Of a stretch of 64,000 nucleotides of DNA, positions 13,065 to 26,200 are shown piece after piece; position 1 is the first letter of the stretch, and every line of letters begins with the position of its first letter. This stretch comes from Octopus bimaculoides. Its lineage: Eukaryota. The translations under genes were made by a program, and so were the position numbers. The stretch is taken from contig NC_068981.1 of the NCBI RefSeq assembly GCF_001194135.2, forward strand, positions 33,368,774-33,432,773, read 5' to 3'. Below the pieces are notes generated by a model. It saw only the letters and a program-made list of their open reading frames with translations, was not told where the DNA came from and did not search any database.

Positions 13065-13552
13065 CTAATAAGACTTTTAGTCTATTTAATTACATTGGGA
13101 TAGACGGGATGCACAAGATAGTATTAAGAGAAAGTTTTCTAATTCCTTCCACCGTCACAAATCTACAGAGAGGTAATGAAAGGATTAAAGGGCCTACAAT
13201 GTGAACACTTCTTTCTTGACCCCCTTTATTAAGAGGGAGGGAGAGATGGTGATTTTCTAATAAAAACTTCCATTTATTTTAGTTAAAGCCAAAGATGTTA
13301 ATAACTAATGAATATGGAAACTGTCCAATATATTAGAGTAATACTTCACTGGAATATAAACATTGAGTGTTGGGAAGATAAGTAATTTCACAAATTTTCA
13401 TCTCCATGTGAAAGGAAAAACTTCTTTACTTTACACTACATTTTTCTTCTGATTATCCCTTCTTGTAGATATGGTTGTCTGGTTACGAAGCTTAATTCAC
13501 AACCACATTATTTTTGATTCAGTTCCAGTAGGTGACACTCTGGACTGATGTC

Positions 13553-13591
13553 TTTTACTAGTGAAATGAAAAGTTCATTTCACTAGTAAAA
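13553..13591. repeat. Perfect 18-bp inverted repeat with 3-nt loop inside a SINE remnant
   Basis: ttttactagtgaaatgaa-aag-ttcatttcactagtaaaa. Confidence 0.95.
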
Positions 13592-13753
13592 ACTGGCAAG
13601 GAGAAGAGTATCTGACCAAAGAAAATCTGCCTCAATAAAGTTTCTTCTAACCCATACCAGCGTGGAAAAAATGGATACAGAAACAATGATGGTTGTTACT
13701 GGCTTAAAAGAACAACCAAATATTGGTATATAATAAAATGAAGAAAAATAAAA

Positions 13754-13867
13754 TACAGTTCTATATTTAAGAGATTAGGAAGGCTGGAGGGTATATCAGC
13801 CAAAACGTTGTGTTAACAACAAACAAGATGAGGACAAATATCCGTCAAATGTAAATAACGTAAATAA
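13754..13867 (+). mobile_element. Penelope-like terminal repeat fragment with partial hammerhead-like motif
   Basis: ggctg...cagcc stem then aaaacgttgtgtt and aagatgaggac...gtaaataa; homologous to both arms at 54961-55244. Confidence 0.6.
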
Positions 13868-14496
13868 AATATAGTTTGTCTTTATACTGAGCTACAAGGC
13901 TAAAGTCACAATTAACTCATAAAGTAATGATAGAAGAAAAATGTGCATAAAAAAGTGTTTAACATGGAGGGTTGAATGTAGAGAATTTATAGGTATAGCC
14001 ATGTACTTAAGAAGTATTCTTTACAACTGGATGATTCCAAATTTGAGCCCGCTGCATAGCACCTTAGACAAGCATCTTCTGCTGTAGGTCAGACCGACTA
14101 ATGCCTTGAGAGTAAAATTTAATAGATAGAGATTATGCTGAAGCCTATCATGTACATACATGTGTTTGTACATATTTATATATGTAAGGTGTATTTCGTC
14201 TGTCTTTACGTTCTGAGTTAAATTCCACCAAAGTCAACTTTGCCTCTCATCCTTTCGGGGTTGATAAATTAAATACCAGTTGCATACAGGGGTCGATCTA
14301 ATCAACTGGCCCCCTTGCCCAAAGATTTCGGGCTTTGTGCCTAGAGTGGAACAGTATATTTATATATGTGTATGTGTATGTATATCAGAGTGTGTTTCTG
14401 TGTGTATGTATATACGTACACCTATGTAAAATTGTGTGCTGAGTTGCTTTCTTTTATGCCAAAAGGTAACCTACCCATTTGATAGAAACCAAATAT

Positions 14497-14865
14497 AATG
14501 AGCACTCAGAGAGCACAAACCTCCGCCAAGGCAACACCAACATCCTCTCAACGATTAGCCAGAGATGATTTTTAAAATGAGAATATCTGAAATAAACTCG
14601 ACTGTTCTCACGAACAAGAATACTAAAAATGAACCCAACCACTCTCAAAAATTAAGTAAAAAAAACGGAAAGATAACCCAGAATCTTTGTCTAGTATCAG
14701 ACAATCCCCAAATTTAATCAGTTCATGCCAGTCATGAGGTCAAATATCCCTGAAAATTTCATCCAAATCCATCCAGCAGTTCTTGAGGTATCTTGTCCAT
14801 GGACAAACAAACAGACAAACACAAGTGAAATCAATACCTCTGCCTTCACTAAGGAGGAGGTAATA
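14497..14865. mobile_element. Non-autonomous element with Helentron/HINE-like architecture
   Basis: Subterminal acctccgccaagg near the left end; terminal hairpin tacctctgcctt-cact-aaggaggaggta at the right end; short acaaacaaacagac repeat before it. Family call is from architecture only. Confidence 0.55.
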
Positions 14866-16016
14866 AGTAAAAAGAAAAAATCAAAGGTTCTTCTCAAGCC
14901 ATAAGCTCATAAGGACAGTTTCCCAGATTCTGTGGTGTATATACTCACCACTGGACAGGACAAAAGTTCATTGCAGAATTACCAATTTTTGCCAACCAAG
15001 TGGACTGGAGCAACATGAAATGAAGAGTTTTGCGCAAGAACACAAAGCATCATCCAGTCCAGCAATTGAAATCACAGTCTTACAATCATGAGTGCAACAC
15101 CCTAACCACTAAACCATGCACCTCCAAAATATAATAAGTACCAGACTGGAACAAGTACTCGGGTCAATATGATCAACTAAAAAAAAACCCTGATAATGGT
15201 ATTTCAGCATGTTTGTAAGCCAATTATTAAAACCTGTAAAAACTTATATGCCAACATCAAATTAAAGTGTTTAAATTCATGTATAAAAGCCAAATCAGGA
15301 TTTCTTTTAAATCTCCATACTAAAGTTTCTAAGAAGAAAGTATAAGGGGAAAGTACCAAACAAAGATGTTAACACTTATATTAAAATGTGTAATAGAGAG
15401 TTGTAAAGGAAGTGAGAAATGGAAAAGATAACAAAGGCAAGCATTTAGTTATTATAACTTACATTTGCTCATGACATATATATATATATATATATATATA
15501 TTGGTGACTTATGTCATTGTGTAGTAAAACTCTTAACATTATGGGATACAGCATAAAGCAGCAGGACCTCAAGTGGCTACAGTCATTATTAGTTCACTTA
15601 ACCAAAACCTCCACTTCAAATGTTCAAGTACAGTGCAGAAGTTTTCTCAAATTAATAATGAAGATCTCAAATCATAATGAGTAACATAACAGTTTGATAA
15701 GAATTTCTTTTGTTTAGCCATTTTATAGAATGACTACTGAAATTTAAAAAGGTATTATATTTGATTTCTTTTACCTAGTCTTAAGGTCGACTTTCTTTAA
15801 CTCTTTCTTTTATCTTTTGCTTCTTTCAGTCATTGAACTGTGGCCAGGCTTCAGCACTGTCTTGAAAGGTTAAGTCGAACAATCAACCCCAGTATTTATT
15901 TTTCTAAGTCTGGTACTTAGTCTATCAGTCACTTTTGCCAAACTGCTGTTATGAGAATATAAACAAACCAACACCAGCTGTTAAATGGTGAGAGAGACAC
16001 ATGCACACACACATGT

Positions 16017-16061
<45 letters not shown>

Positions 16062-16344
16062 TACAACAGGTTTCCACACAGTCTCCATCTACCAAATTCA
16101 TTCACAAAGCATTGGTCAACCTGAGGGGGTTAAAAAAAGGAGACATTTGTCCAAGTTGCCACATAGTTGCAATGCAAGCCTGTACCTATAAGATTAAGAT
16201 GACTAAATAAAATATATTTCTCATTGTAACACCTCCAACGTCAACAGGAATTGAACCTAAAATGCAAACTGGTTAACCGAAACACTGTAAGGTACACAAA
16301 TGTTTCAAAGTCAGTAAAAGATATATTATACAGAGCCACTTTAA

Positions 16345-16567
16345 CCCTTTTGATACCAACCTGGCTGAAACCACCTCTGGCTCTGAAAATACAAATGTCT
16401 TGTTTTCATCAGTTTTGAATGAAAATCCTCCATCAAACCTTCATCACAATTTATGTTCCTAACACTAGCTTAACAATAACTAAGTTATTTTACTAAATTC
16501 TTCATTATATTTAAAATTAATTGAAAGAAACACAGAGCATTTCAAAATAAATACGGTAATGAAAGGG
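16345..16567. mobile_element. piggyBac-like MITE
   Basis: TTAA-cccttttgatacc ... ggtaatgaaaggg-TCAA: imperfect TIRs with CCC/GGG ends and a TTAA-type site. Confidence 0.75.
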
Positions 16568-16866
16568 TCAAAACAGAATGTACTGGCTCAGAGGAAATGA
16601 CTAAAGATAACAAGAAATAAAAAAGGAAAGGAATACACAACACACAAAAAAAAAAATTTTTAATCGCAAGTCAATGAAAGCATCGCAAATATTTATAATA
16701 AAAGGAATATATAACATTTCCATTTAAAATAAATTAAGCCTTACTTTTAATGACAGAACATATATCATAATCCTATCATCAGAGGAAGTTAATGGTTTTT
16801 AAAGGGATGACTGAGGTAACAAATGCTTTTAAAACAGATACTATAAACCTCTCTGTTCTAACATAC

Positions 16867-16913
16867 CAGTCAAAAGAGTTAAATTAATGCATTCTTGGTG
16901 AAATGAAAAATCT
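16867..16913 (-). CDS. Candidate 47-bp coding exon (DFSFHQECINLTLLT), unassigned
   Basis: cctcttttatag acceptor, gtatgt donor, one open frame. Confidence 0.2.
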
Positions 16914-18609
16914 CTATAAAAGAGGTACATTTTTTTGTATTATTTTCTACAGCAATTCCTTATGTATAAGCATTTGTTTGTTCATTTAACCTCCTATTTT
17001 TTATGCTTGCATGATTTGAATGGAGACATTTGAGGTAGGATTTTAAGGCTGGATGCTCTTCCTGTTTCCAACCCTAACCTGTTTTTGTTTTGTTTTTTTT
17101 TTTGTTTTTCTTTGTGTAAGGGATTTATTATTCCACAGGTCTTCAAAAGAACAAAGTGAGCAGTCATAATATAACTGAGTATTTTATAAAAAAAAATCCT
17201 CATTTCACTCTAGCAAAATTGGAATTTTTTCAAAATTCATGCACACACACATTCATATTTATGCATGCATGCATAAACAAATGTGTTTATGCAAGTGTAC
17301 ATGACTGTTAACATACATGTATGTATGCATCCATACAGAGCCTCTTACAGTTTTTATCTACTAAATTCATTCACAAGGCATTGGATGCTCTGGGGCTATA
17401 ATAGAAAACATTTGCCCGAGATGCTATGGGGTGAGACTGAGCCTAAAACCACATGGTCGCAAAGCAAACTTCTTAACCACCAGGCCACGCCTGTTCCTAT
17501 TGCCAAACTATGCTGCATTAATTACCAAAGCCGAGTCTACACTTAAATCACAGATTAACAGGGATGGGTACTAAGATTATTTCTTATCTTTCTGAATGAA
17601 ATAAGCAGGGCAAATGGAAAGAGTTGGTTTCAATAAAACAAGTTCCGAATACATAAAAAGAAAAGCAGAAATGTCTTGACGTATTTTTACATACATACGT
17701 GTGTGCGTGTGTGTGTGTATGACTCAAGAATATTATTTTTCCATTAGATTAATACGTAAAGCTAAAATATATGGCTCTGTAACAAAAGAAAGAAAACTTC
17801 CTAGTGACGGTAATCTCAATGACCGTAAAAGGTTGGAAATAGTCACTAGGTGCAATGTTTCCATTGCCTTTGTTGTTATTACTGCTATGACTTTAAAAGC
17901 CTCATACAAATTTCCACTAACAATGTACATCATAATTATACATAGTACACTAGACCAAAGTTTTGGAGTAATGTCAATTAATTGTTGGTCTTGTCTAGAC
18001 CATACATGTTCTAGATGAAATATTGGGGATAATAAGGCAAGACCATTTTGTGTCTACAGATAATGAAGACATCTAAGTCAGTAACATAGGGTATTATACA
18101 TAACATTATTTCTTTCTTGGCATAACCTTTCAGCCAACGAAAACAAAAACATTGAATATGTTAAAGCATAAAAGCTGATCAGATAATGAATTAATTATAG
18201 ATATTAATTAATGACTCTATCTGGTCTAGTGACATGATTGAACAAGACTGGATAGTTTATTTAATGCCAATCATATACTGTTGTTTTCTGTTTAATTTAT
18301 TGAACCTTAAATCAAATTAACCTGCTTATTCATCAAACAGGAAAATTTTAAAAAGAAATACTAATTAGTGTCAAACATCTCTTGACATTATAACAATCTT
18401 TATTTGAAAAAAAAAAAAAAGAAAACAACAGCAGCAGTAGCTACCCAGATCAGCAGGATCTTAATGATAACAGACTAACACTCCTATTTATGAGTCATAC
18501 TCTCCAGTTTTATGAATGCCTGTAGCTCATGGAAATATCATTATTATTAAACATTCTCTCTCTNNNNNNNNNNNNNNNNNNNNNNNNNNNNNNNNNNNTC
18601 TCTCTCTCT

Positions 18610-19072
18610 CTGGCCAGGTAAGCATGTACCTCCTCTACAGCAAGACTTCTGTTTCTGTCTCTCTGTCACTCTAACCTTTCATTATCTGACACAAGATCAC
18701 CTCCTCCAATGTCTCCTCCCCTCTCAAAGATTCTTTGTCTTGCAAAGTTACCCGGTGACCCTACCAGTGCAGGGGCTACTTAAAAAGCATCCAACCCACA
18801 CTGTAAAGTGCTTGGCATTTGGAAGGGCATCTAGCTGTAAAAAACCATGCCAAAACTGACCTCGCCTGTGCTTGGTCCCACATAAAAAGCACTTAGCTCA
18901 CTCTGTGGGGTGGTAGGTGTTAGGAAGGGCATCCAGCTGTAAGAACTGTGCCAAAACAGACACTGAAGCCTGGTGTTGTCTTCTGCCTGGTCAGCTCCTG
19001 TCAAACCATCCAACCCATGCCAGCATGGAAAGGAGGACGTTAAACGATGAAATGATGATGGTGTTGGAAGTG
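18610..19072 (+). mobile_element. RTE-LINE 3' UTR, long pyrimidine-rich variant plus shared tail
   Basis: cagcaagacttctgtttctgtc...aagttacccggtgacc segment is also at ~58020-58250 and (minus) ~62820-62950; ends ccatgccagcatggaaaggaggacgttaaacgatg. Confidence 0.75.
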
Positions 19073-19718
19073 AAGAAATGGACAATAGAACAAATGTGAT
19101 ATTTTCTAAAGTTAAACCAATCACTTTAACCTATTTTTTCACTTACATCATGAAACTAAATTAACAAATTTAATACACTACATATCTCTTTCAGATTACC
19201 ATTCTGCACTGTTTGCTACAAAAGCATGATTTATACTTTACAGGTGTGATTGTCTAGTTAAGAGGTTTGCTTCCCAGTGACTTGGTTCCAAATTCAGCTG
19301 CACTACATGGCACTTGGGACATCCATTTTCTGCTCTAGCTTCAAGCCAACCAAGCTCCACTGTCTGTTTTGGCATGGTTTTTACAGTTGGATGCCTTTCT
19401 TAATGCCAACCACTTTAGAGGGTGGATAGGATGATTTTCATGTAGCACCAGCAGGTGTCTTTCAGTTTCCATCCATCAAATCCGGCCACAAGGCCCTGGC
19501 TGGCCAGGAACCATAGCAGAAGATACAATAATAATTGTTTCTAATATAGACACAATGCCAGCGATTATGAGGGGAGGGGTAAGTCAATACTATTAATCCC
19601 AGTACTTGACTAGTACTTTATTTTTAGAGAGATAAAACACAAAGTTGATCCTAGCATGATTTGCACTGCAAACAATCAGAAGAAATACCACAAAGTAATA
19701 ATTCTTTCTATCAAAATC

Positions 19719-20266
19719 GAAATCGAACCAAATTCGACGACTGGCACCCATACCGACCTTCCTTCATTGGACACTAAACTCAGCTTGAGAAGACCTGTTG
19801 GGACAAGAGAGATTGAAACTGAACCAAATTCATTGACTGGCACCCTTGCCAGTGGAGCACAAACAGCACCATCCGAGCGGTCTCACTGCCAGAGCAGCAG
19901 TCTCGCTTCCATGCCAGTGGCACATAAAAAGCACCATTTGAGTGCGATCGTTTCCAGCTTCGCCTTACTGGCACTTGTACCGGTGGCATGTGAACAAAAC
20001 ATTGGACTGACTCCTATGCAGGCGGCACGTAAAAAACACCATTTGAGCGTGGCCATTGCCAGTACCACCGGTCTGGCCCTCATGCCGGTGGCACATAAAA
20101 AGCACTCACTACACTCTCAGAATGGTTGGCATTAGGAAGGGCATCCAACTATAGAAACTCTGCCAGATCAGATTGGAGTCTGGTGTAACCATCTGGTTCG
20201 CCAGTCCCCAGTCAAATCGTCCAACCCATGCTAGCATGGAAAGCGGATGTTAAATGATGATGATGA
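19719..20266 (+). mobile_element. RTE-LINE 3' end with tandem aaaagcaccat units
   Basis: Several aaaa(g)caccatttgag/ccgag units, shared tail and (GAT)n end; 5' motif gaaatcgaaccaaattc...gactggcaccc is duplicated. Confidence 0.82.
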
Positions 20267-23200
20267 ATATAGGTATAAGACTTCAACTTTGGAGAGAGGT
20301 AGTCAGTCGATCAAATTCATCCCAGTAGTTAGCCAGTACTTTATTTCATCAGCTTTAGAAAGATGAAAGGCAAAGTTGACTTTAGTAGAATTTGAACTCA
20401 GAATGTAGAGAGCCAGAACAAATACTGCCAGGCATTTGTCCAATGTTCTAGCATCTAACATAAATCAATAAAAGGTTAACTTATCCATCTGTCATCCACA
20501 CAATCACAGACCAAATCAATACACCTTAGCATGATTTAATAACTTCATGAAGTGATTTAAAGTTAATTCTACCTTTTTGAAGAGCAGAAGTGATATCAAT
20601 AATTACAGTTTTAAGTGTAGTCTTTGATGGAATATCTAACACATATATTTTGAGAGAAGTAGACTGCTTCTTTCACAGAACTAAGTATAGTATGCTAAAA
20701 GTATAGATTATTCTCCCAATTTAGTTGCACAGTGACAAGGTGTACATAAGTGGAGAGGATCTTATGTAATTCATATTGACATTTTGATTTATGAGGATTA
20801 TCAAGTTAGAATATATGAAGAATATATGAATTCCTATAAAAAAATTAAAAAAACTAAGTTCATCATCGTAATAATCATCAATCATTGATTCCTAGTTGAT
20901 ATGCTTGCTCAATGAAACAAAATACCTTTAATTCTATTTTGCCCCAACTTACTTTCAATGTCAAACTAACATATAATATGACAATGTCACACTGTATTTT
21001 TCTCTGCTCCAACTACTCTTTACTGGGCCATAGAAATTTCTAATTCTCTATATATCATACAGGTGTTTTACATGTTTATAACAGTAATTTTAGATAATAT
21101 ACTGACCAATAACTTTGACATCATGCCACCAGTTTAACACAAGTGTCTGAGCATTAGTACCCTTGCCAAAATTCGCTATGTTGCAAGCATTCATAACAAA
21201 ATCCACTCACCCTCTGGTTCCCACTCTGTCCCTTTTTTTCTCCTAAAACTTTGACCTACAGATGTTTAGATTGGGCATTGACTGCACCAGTCTCTCCTGC
21301 CTAACAAGCCTTTTTATATTACTCAAAAATAGAAAAATATTACACAAGAAATGGAAGTAAAATCACTAATATATATAATGTATTAAATATAATGTTAAAA
21401 CTTGTAAGATTATTAGATATAATCTAAGAATGAAATTATTTTGAATAAATTTGTTTTATGAGAGATACTTTTAGCAAAAATTATTAATATCTCCAGGATA
21501 GTCACAATGATTTTATTTCCAAGTCACATGAATAAAAATTAATATAAAGATTTAATCATCAAATTTACAGTAAAAACGAAGCTGCCCTCAAATACTTCCA
21601 CAGGCTTGTGTTTAAATCAAGAACAACTTCATACTAAAATGGTTAAGAATAGCCAGACAGCTAACCAACAAGAAAGCTCAACTAAATTGGACACATCAAA
21701 CAATTTAACTAAAGAAAAATGCTCAAGATGAATTACAGAGCTAGATTGTAAAAGTAATAATTTGGTTTCTGATTTTACATCATATGGTTGGTGCTTAACT
21801 CCACTTCAAAGATACTGAACAGATGAGATAAATCTTAACTCAGACACAACATCTGTATATTGCAAATAACAATCCTGGAAGTATGGGTGACCTCTAGCCC
21901 TTAGGATTAAATATTCAGCCTAGATGCACAGCAACATGTTTGCATTGAATTTGAACTCAGTTGGTTTCCCATCTTTGCTAGCTTGCCTAAAATTAGATTG
22001 AAAGTTTATAAACACAATTTCAAGATACATTAATGTCAACCTAACCTTTTTACTACATTTGACTTGTACTTAGAATATAGTGAAATAAATAGTAAAATGA
22101 CATTGATATCTGTTGAAATATGTGTACAATTTATCAATGATACAGTTGACTAGTTCTGTGTCATCAAATAAAAATAACTTGCTATTTGAATTAATTCAGA
22201 GATAAAAATAAAAAAGGGAATTAAGCAATCTAAAATTAAACCACACTCTTCAATACTTTATTCCATAATATTGAAGACTTTTAAAGTACATTACAGAGTG
22301 GATAACCACAGCTCACTTATTAATCAGAGGAGTCCAATGAGTATTATTCTAACACTTAACTTTCAATGACCAAGTTCAGCTAGTTGCTGATAGGAACAAT
22401 AGAGAGGTATATTTCATTATTTTTAACTGAGACTGTGTTTCATTTGCTTGATGTAGTGAGATCAAATTCTCCTATATGCAAAATTTGGAATGAATTGGTA
22501 TCATCTGGAGGAATGCATGAAATTCATGGGTTTCATGGTGTGAAAACTGTGAAAGGTTCACAATGCAGAAGTATCTTCACAGCAAACAGACTATAAATTC
22601 TGTTTTCCTTTGAAGATATAATGTATTATAAAAGTGAGAAAATGGATGATCATGTCCAATCAAAAGATCAGTAGTTTGTATTCTTTCACTGACACAGCAT
22701 GTATCTGAGATCAAGGTACATGGCTCTAGAAAACCAGGTCCACTAAAATATTAGAATAGACTACGAAAAGTATAACACCACAATGATAATGCTATCGTTA
22801 GTGCTAATGATTTTTCTATTTGCTGTATGGTATGCAGTACTTTTCATGGGAAAAATTATTTGCAATTGCCTAGAACCTATCCAGGGGTATGATTAGTTTT
22901 TACTTTTGCTCCTATAATGCTTCAACAATCGTTGGATCCTTGTGAATTGGATAGGAATTACGTCCAGAAAAACTGCTGCAGAAAATAAGAATTACATTTA
23001 CAAAAGCATTATTTGATGTTGGATGAGAATTATATTAATAAAATTAATAAAAATCATTAGCAGTGAATTTTTCCAAGGAAATAGGAAATTCTGTATTCTG
23101 TAGAGTTTTATGGTTGTTTCACTTTTAATAACAACTTCTCTACCACACATTTTCTGAAGAATTTGGTTAAATCAACCTGATATATCCATTTTGATTACCA

Positions 23201-26200
23201 AAATAAGGTTTGGGCTCTTGCACTATTTGTCACAATGTTAAACCCAAAGACATTACAACTCTATTATATTATTTTAAGTTTTCATGCCTAACATTTCTAT
23301 AATAAAAATATCTTATGATTTCATGGCTTTTAGAATCTCTTCTTTAACAAGTTTAGTCTCTCATCTAAGATCTCACAATACACAACCGTTCTCTTAAAAC
23401 AAAACAAAAAAGAAAAGAAAAATAACAAAGAAAATAAAGTGTCATTGTCTTTGATTCTCTTTCTTACCCTATCCAAATCAATTTTCTCTTTTAGACTCCA
23501 GCTGCACAGATATGGTAATAGCAGATAAATATACATTTACTGTTCATGTCTCACAGCTGTATAGAATAGCATTATTTGACAGATGTATATTATATAACAT
23601 ATCTTTCATATAACAGAACTAATTTTCTGTCATAAAAGTAAGTAGATTTCTTAATTTCTCACATCTGTTTGAGACCCAGGTTATTGATCACTGTTAGATT
23701 TCCCCCATATTATTGATTATGAACCCTAAGTAAGAGAATTGTGCCTACTCTTAGCATTTCCTTGTTACAAAATATTTTTGAAGAACATCTCCATATAAAA
23801 TCTCGACTGCCAGAACAGCTAATGCACTGGAAGTGCAAGATTCTTGACAGAGAGCCAAAAATAACTTTACTGGCTACAATACTTAGACAATATTCAATGG
23901 TTCCCTATAACTTATACACACAAAATCAGTTTGTCTTAGCTAATTAACACAATAAAATATTGACCTTAAACTTCACATTTTCAACTCTTTCTTAATATGT
24001 TTTCTCTTCAATTTAAAAACAATAATTATTGGAAATTTTTCAAGTTTTATGTAATAATTGTAATAAAATTTTTTTTAAATGTTTTAAAAATTCATTGGAG
24101 ATTTTCTGTGACAGAAAAGCTGTTACGAAAAAAAAAAAAAAATCAGCCTTTAGAAGCCACTTTTATATTTACCATTAAATTTCAAGTTCATATTGTATGT
24201 TAAACCAGCTTTAAAATGTATTTGGACAATCTGACAAGTAAATGTTAAATAGGAGCAAGTGAGCATGAAAAGCAAACAGTATTGATTTCTTTTGACTAGG
24301 CACAAAGCCAATTTGTAGAGGAGAAGGATGATAGTCAATAATTGACCACATCTTATTTTATCAACATTCCATAACATGAAAGACAAACTTGATCCCAACA
24401 AAATTTAAATACAGAAATATAAGGGCCTAAAATAAATATCTTAAAGCATTTTATTTGTCTTTTGTTCTTTAGCTGTCTATCTATCTCTCTCTATTTATCA
24501 ATCTATCTGTCTCAAGTACACAGGAATATATTGGCTGGCAGTTCCGAAGGACACTCAAACACAAATGAAGACACGAAAGTAGTGTAATTATAAGACTACA
24601 ATTAAAGACTCTAATAATCTAGGCTACATGGTCCAGTTGAGAGTATACAATTGAAGAGTGTAATTGAAAAATGTTGACAATTCAAGTTTTAATATTTTCT
24701 ATCTATGTTTTTATTCATTTATTTTTTTTACAAAATATTTATAAACAAAAAAACTTTTTGTTTACATCTTTATCTTTTTTATTATCCATTATATGTTTTT
24801 CTGTTTTACACTGCATTATTTTGAAAAGCAAACCGTATTTCTAACTTAACATAGACATACTAAAGAAAGCCACAAAACTGCAGTATTTGTATGGTTCCTG
24901 TATAGACATATAGTGCTAAAAAGCAGAAATAAAATTCCATCAGCAGTTGTGGAATTACTAAATCATGATTTCTGTCTTTGCCCATCATCAGTAGCAAATA
25001 TCCACTATCAGTCACCTACTCAGATAAATTTAGCCTCTACTGATATAGAAAAACAGTGATTAACAAATAATTAATGTTGCAAATAACTGGAAGGCTGTGT
25101 AAAGATTTGTAATTAATGACAGAAGCAGTATTGGTTCAAAATAATGTCCTGTACAACTTTGTAGTGTTTACATTATAACTGTAGCAATAAATCCCTCATG
25201 CAACAGATGACATTTTAGTGTTTCACAATTTTTTAGCAATTTATTTGGACCAATCAGAACCTAGGCACTTTGCAGGCACTTTGGCTATATGCAATCTAAC
25301 TCAAGACCCCCACTTTCTCACTCTCTTATCTCTTTGGTTTCACCTTAATACTACACAGTATACAAGTATACAACAACAATGCATTTTCTTTGAACAGAAC
25401 CACCATCAAAACTTCTCTCTCCTTCACTCAGCACCCAGCAACCACAAATAAGTTGTTCTTGTTCCTCCTTCAAAGACGACACATTACAAAGCAGAAACAG
25501 AATTCTATTCTCTGTTCGTTAACTTCAAAACAAAGAACGTTTTTAGTTGAACAAAACTCAAAACATCAAATGATTGTATCTCTTTCCATCAGGTCACATA
25601 TGTTAATAGCACTATTTACAACATGTTAATTATTCAATTTACTTGTACAAACATAAATATATGCATAATATTTTCCCTACAAACACACTTGTGTAAACTT
25701 AGCTTTTATTAATGTTGTATGTTGAAACTTAGTATTTTCAATGTATGCATAACTAATACAAAGCTATATTTCATGACCTTTGCAAGAACATGTGCTGTTT
25801 GACTACTTTGAAGAGGTCTATCTTCAGGTGGTACAGGGAAAATAAAGGAAAATTGATATATGTAATTTTACGCTACAACGGTTTATATCCTTATTTTATA
25901 TATGAATAATAAATTATTATTTCCCTGTTATTTTATCTCTTTAATATCGTTGTTTATTTCCTTTTCATTACATATGTTACTTTTGTGTAATAAACAGAAA
26001 GGTTCTTAACCCTTTACATTTTATCTTAAAGTATGTACTATGTAGCAGATGATATGAAAAGAATGAAATAAGTGATGTAAAGATAGAGTTGAAAACATTT
26101 ATAAAAACTTGAAAAAACTTTACAATTTATGATTTTTTTAATAATAAAAGTTGATACAATTTATTGGCTGATAAACAAAGATATATGTGCATGTGTGTAT

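Noticed and set aside
19860-20110. Repeat-spacer pattern resembling a CRISPR array
   Set aside because: Units are short, degenerate and irregularly spaced, sit in a eukaryotic retroelement, and there are no cas genes.
19656-20135. 159-aa plus-strand ORF
   Set aside because: Lies within the repetitive LINE 3' UTR; the recurring AHKKHHL reflects the DNA repeat unit.
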